Virus record (IMG/VR): IMGVR_UViG_3300022602_000058
Span: 26,085 to 90,084 of that record
Direction: 5' to 3' (one strand)
DNA from: a virus
Length of the DNA stretch: 64,000 bases
Below the pieces are notes generated by a model. That model was given only the letters and a program-made list of their open reading frames with translations, did not search any database and had not been told where the DNA came from. Within the stretch, counting starts at the first letter, position 1. Every line of letters starts with the position of its first letter. This document shows, one piece after another, positions 1-10,053 of the stretch. A program made the translations under genes and the position numbers.

Positions 1-1227
1 AGTAGTGATGCCGGTCGTGGTGATTCAGTAAACGTTGTACTATTAGATGAGTTAGCATTTATTGATAATCATTTAGTTGAAGAGTTCTGGGCATCAGTTT
101 ATCCAATTATTTCATCATCTAAGAAATCTAAAATTTTCGTGGCAAGTACCCCGAATGGAACCGGTAATTTATTCCATGAGTTGTATGAAGGCGCTACAGA
201 GGAAGACCCTGAAAAGCACAATGGATGGAAAGCTGAACGCGTTGATTGGTGGGAAGTACCTGGTAGAGACGAAAAATGGAAGATCAAGACGATTCGTGAG
301 ATGGGGAGTAGGGAGAAGTTTGATCAAGAATTCGGTAATACATTCCTACAATCAGGTGAGAGTGCTATTGATGAAGCGTTCTTTGATCGTTTAAAAACGG
401 AGTGCACAGATCCATCCTTTGTATTTGATGATGGTCATTATCTGCTATGGAGAGAACCTAACAAAGAAAGATTATATGTTGTGGGTGTTGATGTTGCTGA
501 AGGCGTCGGTGATGCAGCTTCAGTCATACAAGTTATGGATATCACTGATTTACGTAATATAGAACAAGTGGCAATATATCATAATAACAACATAAGTCCA
601 TACAATTTTACAACAAAATTACATGAAATCCTTCAGCATTGGGGCAACCCGCCTGCGTTAATTGAAAGAAATAATTGCGGTGCACAGGTTGTTGATCAGT
701 TAAAAAATAATATTAGATATGAGAATATTGTAAGTTACGCATCAAAAGCAGGTGAAAAGACGTTTAATAATCCTGGTGTTGTAGCACATACCAATACAAA
801 GTATAAAGGTGTGACTAATATGCGTTATTGGCTCAATGAGTTAAACACTGTACGTTTAAAAGATATAAGAACAGTAATGGAATTAAAGAATTTTGTACGA
901 TATCCAAATGGTACATGGGCGGCAAAACCAGGGAGCGGTAATCAAGATGACAGAGTTATGAGTTTAATCTGGTCATTAATGATACTTGAAAACGAAATTA
1001 CCGAAAAATATTATGAAATTGTAGAATTAGATGATAATAAGCGACCGCTGAAACTCAAATCTCTTGATTACGGTATTAAATATTTTATAAATCCTACATC
1101 AATGTATAACAACGAAAACAATAAAGAAGAAGGTACTCCTATGCCTATTCTTTTTGATCTCGGTGACTCACCTGAAAAGACAGGCATTAATGAAATGGAG
1201 GATGATGGTTGGAAATTATTAAACTAA
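1..1227 (+). CDS. terL: Terminase large subunit (T4 gp17-like), 5' truncated by window edge
   Basis: Frame +1 is open from base 1: GRGDSVNVVLLDELAF (Walker B), VASTPNG coupling motif, nuclease motifs VGVDVAEGVGD, LIERNNCG and QDDRVMS. Confidence 0.95.
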   Translation, partial: SSDAGRGDSVNVVLLDELAFIDNHLVEEFWASVYPIISSSKKSKIFVASTPNGTGNLFHELYEGATEEDPEKHNGWKAERVDWWEVPGRDEKWKIKTIREMGSREKFDQEFGNTFLQSGESAIDEAFFDRLKTECTDPSFVFDDGHYLLWREPNKERLYVVGVDVAEGVGDAASVIQVMDITDLRNIEQVAIYHNNNISPYNFTTKLHEILQHWGNPPALIERNNCGAQVVDQLKNNIRYENIVSYASKAGEKTFNNPGVVAHTNTKYKGVTNMRYWLNELNTVRLKDIRTVMELKNFVRYPNGTWAAKPGSGNQDDRVMSLIWSLMILENEITEKYYEIVELDDNKRPLKLKSLDYGIKYFINPTSMYNNENNKEEGTPMPILFDLGDSPEKTGINEMEDDGWKLLN

Positions 1228-1231
1228 TATT

Positions 1232-1855
1232 ATGTCAAATGCTGTAACATATACCCAGAGCCCCTTTAATAAAACAAGAAAAGATAAATTTCTTATGGTA
1301 TTGAACATACCAACACCATTAAAGGCAATTGCTTCAAAATTTACACGTAATGGTATTAATATTCTCCCCGATACACTTCAATTTTCGGTATTTGGTACTA
1401 TTGTACCGGAGATTAATGTACCGGCGATAGAGAATCGATATGCCGGTCAAACACAATATGTAACATCGCATTCACGTACACCATATCCACCTGTAACTGT
1501 TAACTTTACTGTTGATAACCGCTTTAATAACTATTGGGTTATATATTCATGGTTAAATTTCTTAAACGATGCTAGTACTAATACATTTGATAATATGGAT
1601 TTAACTGTGCCGACCAGTACGATAGCAAATCCTCACTCAAAAGGTGCATATAACCAGTATAAAACAGCAGTTTCAATTTTTGGTCTTGATGAATATAATA
1701 AAAGAGTAATAGAATTTAAATACACTGAGGCTTTTCCAACAAATCTTGGTAATATTTCTTACTCTTACAGAGATGCAGATGAGTTGGAATCTAATTTTAC
1801 GTTAAATTACGATCAACTTCTTATTACCCCTGTATCAGAAATAGAAAGTCTATAA
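1232..1855 (+). CDS. Tail completion/tube terminator protein (T4 gp3-like, tube fold)
   Basis: VNFTVDNRFNNYWVIYSW and FKYTEAFPTNLGNISY resemble gp3/gp19-family patterns; next to the sheath gene. Confidence 0.65.
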   Translation: MSNAVTYTQSPFNKTRKDKFLMVLNIPTPLKAIASKFTRNGINILPDTLQFSVFGTIVPEINVPAIENRYAGQTQYVTSHSRTPYPPVTVNFTVDNRFNNYWVIYSWLNFLNDASTNTFDNMDLTVPTSTIANPHSKGAYNQYKTAVSIFGLDEYNKRVIEFKYTEAFPTNLGNISYSYRDADELESNFTLNYDQLLITPVSEIESL

Positions 1856-1884
1856 AAAGCTAAAAAAATATTTCTCAAACACCA

Positions 1885-1890
1885 TAAATA
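1885..1890 (+). promoter_or_regulatory. Late-promoter-like TAAATA before the sheath gene (representative of about 25 sites)
   Basis: Same hexamer 5-10 nt before starts at 4295, 4896, 7537, 10043, 11422, 18954, 25846, 31159, 62191 and many minus-strand genes; core of the T4 late consensus TATAAATA. Confidence 0.8.
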
Positions 1891-1896
1891 CTTTAT

Positions 1897-4278
1897 ATGG
1901 CAAGAACAATACAAAGTCCCGGCGTACAAATTAGCGAAGTCGATCTCTCACTTAATGCAAGTCTTGTAGCACCAACAAATATTTTAATTCCTGGATTTGC
2001 CCCTAAGGGTCCTTCATCAGATCCTATACAAGTCAGTACACTTTCAGAGTTCGAACAGATTTTCGGTACCCCAACTAATGCAGCTGAGCGTTATTTCTAT
2101 CAGACAACAAAGGCTGTTTTTCAATCACCCGCTAATGTCTCAGTTTACCGTCTTCCATACGGTGCAGGCGCCGGTTTAGGTTATAGTAGTCAGTATAGCG
2201 CTCTTGTTTATCCTGTAATTGCTGCTTCACTGTCAGCTAACGGTACTGGTATTGTAACATTAACATCAACAAATCTTAATTACCCAGCTTCAGCTTCCAA
2301 TATTAGCTATTTTTTCGGTGCACCTACGCACATTAGTCTAACAGAATCCGATTACCTCAATATCCAGCGTGGTAATGCATTCAACTGGTCAACATCTGCA
2401 GCCGATGCAAATGGTAACCCTGTGACATCATTCACCCCAACAAATACAGCTACAGGAATTGCAAATGCTAACCTTGGTTCTGCTGGTCTTATCGTTCTTA
2501 ACAAATCACAAGCTTCAATCAATAGCCGTTTTGAAGGTACATACATTGGTATTGTTGATAATACAGCACTAAACCGTGCATCACAATACGACGATTTCAG
2601 CGGTGTTGCTTCTGTTAATGTAAATGGCTATATCACACCTAATAACTTCGTTCAAGTACCAACACAGCGCTTGACATTCCCACTTTCTGCCACTGCAACC
2701 GGTGCAAGTAATAGTGTTTCACAGGTTGTTGAAGGTATTTCAACTTTTGATATCTCAAGCAACGCGTTTAACGATACAATTAACCTCGGTGTATTCAAAC
2801 TTCGTCAGTCTGTCTTCTCACCTGATACAATTCAACTCGATTACGTTCTACAGGAAGGCTATAACGCCTCATTTGACTATTACCGTCAGATTAACAATCA
2901 AAACGGTGGACCTGCTATTAGTTATTATCTTGATTCTGTCGATAGTAACTCAAATAACATTGTAACCATTGTTAACCCATATATTTCCAACAAGAATACA
3001 TCAACATGGTTGAGTCTTAGCGGTACGCCAAACAAGAGTGTACGTTTCTTAAATACAGCACGTGCTGTACCATATACTTTTGACACAGTAACATCTGCTG
3101 TTGATACATTTGCAACAAGAACCGGTGTTACATCCGCAGCATATAACGCCCTTATCAACACTTACGGTAGCACAAATCAACTCGTAGCACTTGGTGACTA
3201 CACAGTTGAGAATGTTGCAACTAAGGTAATCGGCGATGTACCGACGAAGGTCAATACAATGCTTGGAACTATTGCAAACCCTGACTTATATCCGCTTTCA
3301 ATCGTTTGCGAAGCCGGTCTCGGTACAGTATACGCTAATACATTCAATCCTTTAACATCCGGTTATTTTGATGATAGTGTTCCGTATAGCAATTCTGACT
3401 TTACAGCTCTTACAGCTCAAGATGGTACAGGTTCAAGTGCTGTAGTAGCACAGTACTATCAAGCCGTTGTTCAGCAATTCGTATCCTTCGCTTCACAACA
3501 GCGTAAAGATCACATCTTCATTGCCGATCCATTGACTAATATCTTTGTACAGAATAACGTTAAGACACTCACTGATCCTAACAATAACTTCTCATCAAAC
3601 ATCTTCTGGCCACTATACAACTTAATGGCGCCAATTAACAATAGTTATACAGTATCTTATGCAAATTGCGTACAAGTAGCTGACCAAGCTTCAAGTAGAA
3701 ATGTTTGGGTACCGTTCTCAGGCTTTGCTGCAGCAGCAATGGCTAGAACAGATTCAAATTACCAGCCATGGTTCGCACCAGCTGGCTTTACAAGAGGTGC
3801 TGTAGCCGGTGTAACAGATATTGCAATATATCCAAACCAAAAGCAGCGTGATCAGCTCTATAACATCTCGCTTAACCCAGTCGCATTCTTCCCAAATGAA
3901 GGATTCGTAATCTACGGGCAAAAGACAATGTCAAAGGTACCTAGTGCGTTCGATCGTATTAATGTACGTAGATTGTTCTTAACTCTTGAAAACCAGACAA
4001 ACGCAGTTGCAAGAAATTACGTTTTCGAACCAAATACACTCTTCACAAGAACACAAGTTCTCAACGTCTTAACACCAATCTTCGATAATGCAAAGAATAC
4101 AAGCGGTGTTTATGACTATTTGATTATTTGTGATGAAAGAAACAATACACCAGCGGTTATTGATGATAATTCACTCGTGATTGACATCTACTTGAAGCCA
4201 GTAAGAACAGCTGAGTTCATCTTAGTCAACTTCTACGCAACAAGAACAAGTCAAAACTTCGCTGAGATTGTTGCTTAA
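1897..4278 (+). CDS. gp18: Contractile tail sheath protein (gp18-like)
   Basis: N-terminal SPGVQISEVDLS; C-terminal WFAPAGFTRG, FDRINVRRLF, FEPN, IYLKPVRTAEFI. Confidence 0.97.
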   Translation: MARTIQSPGVQISEVDLSLNASLVAPTNILIPGFAPKGPSSDPIQVSTLSEFEQIFGTPTNAAERYFYQTTKAVFQSPANVSVYRLPYGAGAGLGYSSQYSALVYPVIAASLSANGTGIVTLTSTNLNYPASASNISYFFGAPTHISLTESDYLNIQRGNAFNWSTSAADANGNPVTSFTPTNTATGIANANLGSAGLIVLNKSQASINSRFEGTYIGIVDNTALNRASQYDDFSGVASVNVNGYITPNNFVQVPTQRLTFPLSATATGASNSVSQVVEGISTFDISSNAFNDTINLGVFKLRQSVFSPDTIQLDYVLQEGYNASFDYYRQINNQNGGPAISYYLDSVDSNSNNIVTIVNPYISNKNTSTWLSLSGTPNKSVRFLNTARAVPYTFDTVTSAVDTFATRTGVTSAAYNALINTYGSTNQLVALGDYTVENVATKVIGDVPTKVNTMLGTIANPDLYPLSIVCEAGLGTVYANTFNPLTSGYFDDSVPYSNSDFTALTAQDGTGSSAVVAQYYQAVVQQFVSFASQQRKDHIFIADPLTNIFVQNNVKTLTDPNNNFSSNIFWPLYNLMAPINNSYTVSYANCVQVADQASSRNVWVPFSGFAAAAMARTDSNYQPWFAPAGFTRGAVAGVTDIAIYPNQKQRDQLYNISLNPVAFFPNEGFVIYGQKTMSKVPSAFDRINVRRLFLTLENQTNAVARNYVFEPNTLFTRTQVLNVLTPIFDNAKNTSGVYDYLIICDERNNTPAVIDDNSLVIDIYLKPVRTAEFILVNFYATRTSQNFAEIVA

Positions 4279-4310
4279 TTGAGATATAAACAACTAAATA
4301 ATTACATAAT

Positions 4311-4877
4311 ATGGCCGATACAAACCAACTAATTAGTACATTCTACAGTGAAGCTGCAAATCGCGATTTCGCGCGTGATTTTAGTTTCAGAGTATTATCA
4401 ATATCAACAGGCGGTGCTACAGACGCTGCTAATCAAGTTATTAACTTCGGTGATACTGATCTTGTATATGTTAAGACAGCAACATTACCTGAAAGAGCTA
4501 TAACAAACGTACCTGTACCATATATGGGTCTTAACTTCAATCTTCCTGGTAATGCAACTTACCCAGGTTCTGAAGCCTATAGTTTAACTTTCTACGCTGA
4601 TGCTAACTCACAAATTAGACAGAAGTTTGAAGATTGGTCACGCTATACGTTTGACGACGCAAACAGTACAGGTGATTACCTAACACCAGATCAGACATCT
4701 GTTATCAATCTTGCACAGCTCGACAGCAAATTAAATCGTATTGCAACATACAATCTAGTTGGTGTATCACCACGTAGTGTTGGTGCTCTATCGTATAATA
4801 TTGCTGCTGGTACAGGTCAGACCATTGAGTTTACAGCTACAATGGCATACCATTATTTCACTCGTACATCACCCTAA
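4311..4877 (+). CDS. gp19: Tail tube protein (gp19-like)
   Basis: Follows the sheath; VKTATLP..VPYMG..PG..YPGS and FTATMAYHYF tube-type motifs. Confidence 0.85.
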   Translation: MADTNQLISTFYSEAANRDFARDFSFRVLSISTGGATDAANQVINFGDTDLVYVKTATLPERAITNVPVPYMGLNFNLPGNATYPGSEAYSLTFYADANSQIRQKFEDWSRYTFDDANSTGDYLTPDQTSVINLAQLDSKLNRIATYNLVGVSPRSVGALSYNIAAGTGQTIEFTATMAYHYFTRTSP

Positions 4878-4906
4878 AGAAGTAGCTACCTAAGCTAAAT
4901 AATTAG

Positions 4907-5803
4907 GTGAATGATCCGTTTAGTAGTGCACTCGATAGCTTAGGGCAGAATATTGCCGGTATTGGCTCGGGGTCTAACCCTCTTTTTGCCCCTCAAGCTG
5001 CTCAACTCTTTGGACTAAATCTTCCTGCTGTACCGATAATCAGTACACGGGATTATTTCCTGACTCAGATGGAGTCATGGTTTACAGCCATACCTATGGC
5101 AACTCAATGGATTATTCTTATTGATAGCTATCCACCTGGCTTGACGACATCTATTATTCAAGGATTAGAACGTACTGATGGTTCGAAGCAAGGCTTTGAT
5201 ATAGATAGTGCTAAGAATATTTTAACTTCATTCCCTTTAAACAAAGTCATTGGTTGTTTGTTTGCAAATAATATTACAATACCGAATGAAGCTTGGAATG
5301 TAGAAAGTGCCTCTGTAGATAATAATAGAGGTTTTATTCCAGGTGTTTTAGGTGGTGGTAGAAACCATGAAGCACCAGTTTTAGATATAGGTTTTAGAGA
5401 AACAAATACATCGTTTATTGATTTCGTTATACGCCCTTGGGTAATTCTTGCAGCTCACTTTGGTCTTGTGGCTAGAGACCCAAACGATACAGCCCAAGCA
5501 CTAAAGAACATGAAAGTTAATATGCACGTCATGCAATATACGCGCTCAAGGGCTGGTGTGTCAATGATACCTCGTAAGATTTGGAATTTCTATAATTGTG
5601 TACCGTTCACAGTTAACGAAGAAACTTTAGAGTATACAGAAGAGAAGATGACAGTGTTTAATACTCGCTGGACGTACTCCAACTACACAGTATCAAATAA
5701 TCTCTACTTACCAATTGTAGATATCATTCATAACTTTGCACAAAACGGTGCACCGCAAATCGGTAATCCTAGTATCTTCAAGGGGTATGGCCTACCTGTC
5801 TAG
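4907..5803 (+). CDS. Tube-like baseplate protein (gp54-like tube initiator)
   Basis: Tube-fold motifs (IGFRETN..F..VIRPW, WNFYNCVP); position after the tube gene. Confidence 0.55.
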   Translation: MNDPFSSALDSLGQNIAGIGSGSNPLFAPQAAQLFGLNLPAVPIISTRDYFLTQMESWFTAIPMATQWIILIDSYPPGLTTSIIQGLERTDGSKQGFDIDSAKNILTSFPLNKVIGCLFANNITIPNEAWNVESASVDNNRGFIPGVLGGGRNHEAPVLDIGFRETNTSFIDFVIRPWVILAAHFGLVARDPNDTAQALKNMKVNMHVMQYTRSRAGVSMIPRKIWNFYNCVPFTVNEETLEYTEEKMTVFNTRWTYSNYTVSNNLYLPIVDIIHNFAQNGAPQIGNPSIFKGYGLPV

Positions 5804-5840
5804 CATTGAGTTTCTCGGTCACATGTCTTAAGTAATCCTT

Positions 5841-6734
5841 GTGAGACAATTTGTATATACAGTCTACCTACCTGGACAGAAAAAGACAGTACAAATAAAG
5901 GAATTACAGTTTAATAGATACAAACATCTAGTCAAAATTATTACAAATAACAATGATGAAATTGTTGCAAATTTCTTCGATGAACTTTTAATTGATCTCT
6001 GTCCAGAAGAAAAAAATATACGCTCGTTTTCTTTTCTTGATAAACTTATAATACTTCTAACTATTCGTATAGTATGTATATCACCTCAATTAGAACTAAT
6101 TGTTAACTGCCCAGTAACACAAAAACAATTTAATACAACCGCTAAGCTTTCAGATATTATTGACAAATTACAAAATTTAAATCTTGCTGATGATGTATAC
6201 TTAACGACTAAAGAATATAACACCGGTGATTTAAAGATTGACCTAGGTATGCCTTCAACGCTTAATATTAAGGAAAGAGATCTTACAATTATAAACACCG
6301 TTGTTAAGAAAATCTCTCTTAGCAATAATAGCACAGATAATATAACAGAGCAACTTATTGATAGATTGCCTGCATTTATATTGAGTGATATTACAAGTTA
6401 TATTAGTTACTTTAATGAAAGCTTGCAGAATATAAATCTGATTAACATTCAATCACCCTTTGCTACAGCTGATACGAATATTAGCATACCATTAAATTTA
6501 TTTTCTAATTCAATAATAGAATTTCTTAAGATAATTTTTAAACGCGGTCTATTATCTATCTATGAACTTGAATACTTTCTAATCAATAAACTTAATATTG
6601 ATTACGATCTCATCAAAACATCAACACCCGCTGAATTAAACGTATATATAAACTTCTTTAAGGAAGAAAAAGAAAAGGAAGAAAAAGCTGAACGTAAGAA
6701 GAGCTTGAATTTACCAAATACTGGACCTATATAA
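5841..6734 (+). CDS. Baseplate hub assembly protein (gp26-like)
   Basis: FLDKLIILLTIRIVCISP..VNCP resembles the gp26 family; synteny. Confidence 0.55.
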   Translation: MRQFVYTVYLPGQKKTVQIKELQFNRYKHLVKIITNNNDEIVANFFDELLIDLCPEEKNIRSFSFLDKLIILLTIRIVCISPQLELIVNCPVTQKQFNTTAKLSDIIDKLQNLNLADDVYLTTKEYNTGDLKIDLGMPSTLNIKERDLTIINTVVKKISLSNNSTDNITEQLIDRLPAFILSDITSYISYFNESLQNINLINIQSPFATADTNISIPLNLFSNSIIEFLKIIFKRGLLSIYELEYFLINKLNIDYDLIKTSTPAELNVYINFFKEEKEKEEKAERKKSLNLPNTGPI

Positions 6735-6738
6735 TAAC

Positions 6739-7503
6739 ATGAGTAGTAATGTAAGCGATATTCTTAAGCAATTAGATACCTTAAATCAATCAACAGGTAT
6801 TGATGTTTTTATACCATCTTTAGCTAAAAAAGTTAAGTTTAAAAACTTAAACCTTAAACAACAAAAAGATTTACTCAAAGCGTCTGTTGACGAAACACTC
6901 ACTAAACTTTCCTTTATTGTTAATTTTTATAGCATCATTCAAGAGAACCTTATTGATACAACTATTGATATTAACAAGCTCTATACATTTGATCGACCTG
7001 CTATAGCACTTGCCCTTCGCGTAAGTGGTTTAGACAGTAACTATACATCTGAAGATAACGTATACGACCTAAACGAGCTGCTTAACACAATCCCTACAAT
7101 TGATACGTCTAAGCAAGAGTTAAACGCTATAATTGATATACAAAACTTGACAGTAGAACTAGAAGTACCGCATCTTAATACAGATAGGGATGTCAGCCTA
7201 GCTACAATTAACAAATTAAAAGGTATTCAGGATAAAGATATTAAGACACTTGTTGGTGAGCTCTTTATTCATGAAATTACTAAATTTGTTAAAACTGTTA
7301 CATTTAAAACAGAAACCGAAGATCAGGCAGTAGCGTTCTCAGGTCTTAAGATTGAAGATAAAATCGCTATTATTGAAAAATTTCCCTCCAACCTTACAAG
7401 CAAGGTATTGGAGTTTATTAAAAATTATAGAGATTTTGAAGCTAAATTTACAACAATCGATACAGTGAATATCGAGATTGATGGTAGCTTCTTTAGCGTA
7501 TAA
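6739..7503 (+). CDS. Baseplate hub assembly protein (second gp26-like paralog)
   Basis: IPSLAKKVKFKNLNLKQQKDLL and FDRPAIALALR match the gp26-like N-terminal pattern. Confidence 0.55.
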   Translation: MSSNVSDILKQLDTLNQSTGIDVFIPSLAKKVKFKNLNLKQQKDLLKASVDETLTKLSFIVNFYSIIQENLIDTTIDINKLYTFDRPAIALALRVSGLDSNYTSEDNVYDLNELLNTIPTIDTSKQELNAIIDIQNLTVELEVPHLNTDRDVSLATINKLKGIQDKDIKTLVGELFIHEITKFVKTVTFKTETEDQAVAFSGLKIEDKIAIIEKFPSNLTSKVLEFIKNYRDFEAKFTTIDTVNIEIDGSFFSV

Positions 7504-7548
7504 TTGAATCATACTTATATCTAGATTGTTTAGTGATAAATAATATAG

Positions 7549-10035
7549 ATGGATGGTATAACATTTGACCAATTACAATCTGTTTTCGGTGATGTAGAGT
7601 CTGAACTAAAACAGACAAGTAGTCTTTTGGAAAACATTCAAGGATTTCTTAATCAAAAACTTAAATCTTTTGATGAACCTCTTGAAAAGCTTAATCAAAT
7701 TTCATCATATCTTAAACAATTAAAAGAGCCAATTGATGTAAAAGAAATTGACAAACAAAAAGTTGTTAATAAAGAGACAAAACAAGACAAAGATAATACA
7801 GCTAAAAAAGGTAATTCGATATTTGATATTGAAGCAACTACAGCTTCAAAAGTTATTTCAGCTAGCGCAAAAGTTCTACCTGTACGTGTAGTTGATGATC
7901 CAAAGAAACATACCCAAGTCGACATTCTCATTCCACCTGTAACAAGAGTTTTTATCGAGAATTTGCTCGGCGATAATATAAAATTATTAACCGAATTTAT
8001 TTCACATGAAACTGATCGTTTAATTAAATCCCTAAGTAAGAAAGAAGAAAAAAAAGAAGAAAAGAAAAATTGGTTAGATAAACTTTTAGCGGGACTAATG
8101 GGTGCTGGTTTAATTGGTAAATTACTAGGTGGTCTATTAAAACCATTTGAATGGCTTGCAGGTAAACTTTTTAAGTTATTACCAACTATTCTCAAGGATC
8201 TCGGTAAGCTTGTAATGCCCATTATACGTGGACTTCTCGGAGCTGTTGGCCCATTACTCGCCGGTGCAGGACTTGCTATAGCTGGTATTGCAACACTCTT
8301 AAGCGGTCTGAAAGATTCTGGCCCATATAAGGGATTAAAAAAACTTCTTGGTAAAGGGCTTTTAAGTATAGGATCAGGAATTTTAAAAAAAGAATTTGGT
8401 AAATTGAGTAAACTTGCTTTCGATTCAGCTAAAAGTCTCTCAAAGGAAAGTAGAAAATTTGTTTTTGGTGCAATGAAAGGCTTAAAAGGTATTTTTAAAT
8501 ATATAGCTGAAGCACCTGGTAAACTTTTCGGTGGTATATCAAAGGCGATAAAGAATCTCTTCTCAGGAGGCGCTTTAAAGGAGGCTGGTGAAGTTGCAGC
8601 AAAAGGTGCTGGTAAAGGTGGGTTTAAGGCTATTTTGGGTAACGTTGGTAAATTTTTAAGTGAAAAAGTTCTCAAGCGCTTACCGTTTATTGGTACTCTT
8701 ATTGGTTTAGGGTTTGCTTTTACACGTTTAATGAAAGGTGATGTTATAGGTGCTTTACTTGACGTTGCGTCAGCGCTTGCTACCTCTGTGCCTGTAGTTG
8801 GTACAGCTCTTTCTATCGCTATTGATGTATTTAGCGCTGTAAGAGATACTCAGACAGGTGGATCTGAAAAGGCAGGTGCAGGAAATATGGAGTGGATAGA
8901 AGGTATGAAAAAGTGGATCTGTGAACGTATTAAATATGTACCTGTTATTGGACCGTTAATTGATATGGTCAAGGCATTCGGTGACGGTAATTATCTCGAT
9001 GCGTTAGGTTACCTTGCTAAAGCTGCTATACCTCCTCTCGGTATTCTTATTGATATATTGAACAATAAAGAAGCTGTTAGTAATAATATTGCTGACGCTG
9101 GTAACTGGGTTGCTGATGCTACATCTTGGATATATAGTAAAGTAAAAGATATTCCAGTTATTGGCTCGTTAGTGAAAGCTGGTGAGGCCATTGCTGGAGG
9201 TAAATGGGGAGATGTATTAGGGTATCTTGGCGAAGCTATTGAACCTCTACAATATATCGGTAAATTAATTGAAAGTGGAGCTGAAAATGTCGCACAAGCT
9301 GTTACTACCGGTGATTTTAGCAGTATTAAAACATTCTTTACAACCATTAAAGATAGTCTTATTAAAGCTGTACTAAATTTACTACCTGATGAAATTTTTG
9401 GTATTAGTGTACGGTCAAGAGTAGCAAAAATGTTAGGTATTACCGGGTACGGTGATGTTAAAGACGGTGATAGTGCTGCCCAAAGTACAAGTGGTCAACC
9501 TTCGCCAACAACATCTACTAAAGCACCAAAGAAAGAAGAAAGTCACTGGTGGAATCGTTTTAGTAAAAAGACTAACGAAACAACTAATACCAGTGCAGCA
9601 AATACACCGCAAGCTACAACACCGAATAATAACAACACAACACAGCCTAGTACAAGTACTGGTAACGTAGCACCTGTCACATCACAGCCTAATATAAATG
9701 CAAGCGAGTCATCAGCACCTACTTTACCATTAGCTGTAAACATACAGCCTAGTGACCAGCCATTTGTACCTGATGCAAGTGATGATGATAAGGATGATAC
9801 AGCAGATAGTATGAGCGATATGAGTGACTCATTAAGTGAGCATTCAAATCTCTTGAAAGGTTTAATTGAATATCAAAAACAAACTGCAGCTAATACAAAA
9901 GAATTAATACAAGCCTTCATGAAAAATCAAGGTAATAATAACAACGTAAACGTAAACAATGTTAATAGTTCTACAAATATTATATCAAGCCCGGTAACAA
10001 GTTCTATGTTCAGACAGGCTGTACTGCAACGATAG
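7549..10035 (+). CDS. Tape-measure-like / gp29-like baseplate hub protein
   Basis: 828 aa; Gly/Ala/Lys-rich amphipathic helices; repeated (L/V/I)P(F/V)IG units; position in the tail module. Confidence 0.65.
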   Translation: MDGITFDQLQSVFGDVESELKQTSSLLENIQGFLNQKLKSFDEPLEKLNQISSYLKQLKEPIDVKEIDKQKVVNKETKQDKDNTAKKGNSIFDIEATTASKVISASAKVLPVRVVDDPKKHTQVDILIPPVTRVFIENLLGDNIKLLTEFISHETDRLIKSLSKKEEKKEEKKNWLDKLLAGLMGAGLIGKLLGGLLKPFEWLAGKLFKLLPTILKDLGKLVMPIIRGLLGAVGPLLAGAGLAIAGIATLLSGLKDSGPYKGLKKLLGKGLLSIGSGILKKEFGKLSKLAFDSAKSLSKESRKFVFGAMKGLKGIFKYIAEAPGKLFGGISKAIKNLFSGGALKEAGEVAAKGAGKGGFKAILGNVGKFLSEKVLKRLPFIGTLIGLGFAFTRLMKGDVIGALLDVASALATSVPVVGTALSIAIDVFSAVRDTQTGGSEKAGAGNMEWIEGMKKWICERIKYVPVIGPLIDMVKAFGDGNYLDALGYLAKAAIPPLGILIDILNNKEAVSNNIADAGNWVADATSWIYSKVKDIPVIGSLVKAGEAIAGGKWGDVLGYLGEAIEPLQYIGKLIESGAENVAQAVTTGDFSSIKTFFTTIKDSLIKAVLNLLPDEIFGISVRSRVAKMLGITGYGDVKDGDSAAQSTSGQPSPTTSTKAPKKEESHWWNRFSKKTNETTNTSAANTPQATTPNNNNTTQPSTSTGNVAPVTSQPNINASESSAPTLPLAVNIQPSDQPFVPDASDDDKDDTADSMSDMSDSLSEHSNLLKGLIEYQKQTAANTKELIQAFMKNQGNNNNVNVNNVNSSTNIISSPVTSSMFRQAVLQR

Positions 10036-10053
10036 AAGTAATTAAATAATAGT

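Noticed and set aside
7695-8675. 326-aa antisense ORF inside the tape-measure-like gene
   Set aside because: Shadow ORF opposite a Gly/Ala/Lys/Leu-rich gene; no motifs or expression signals
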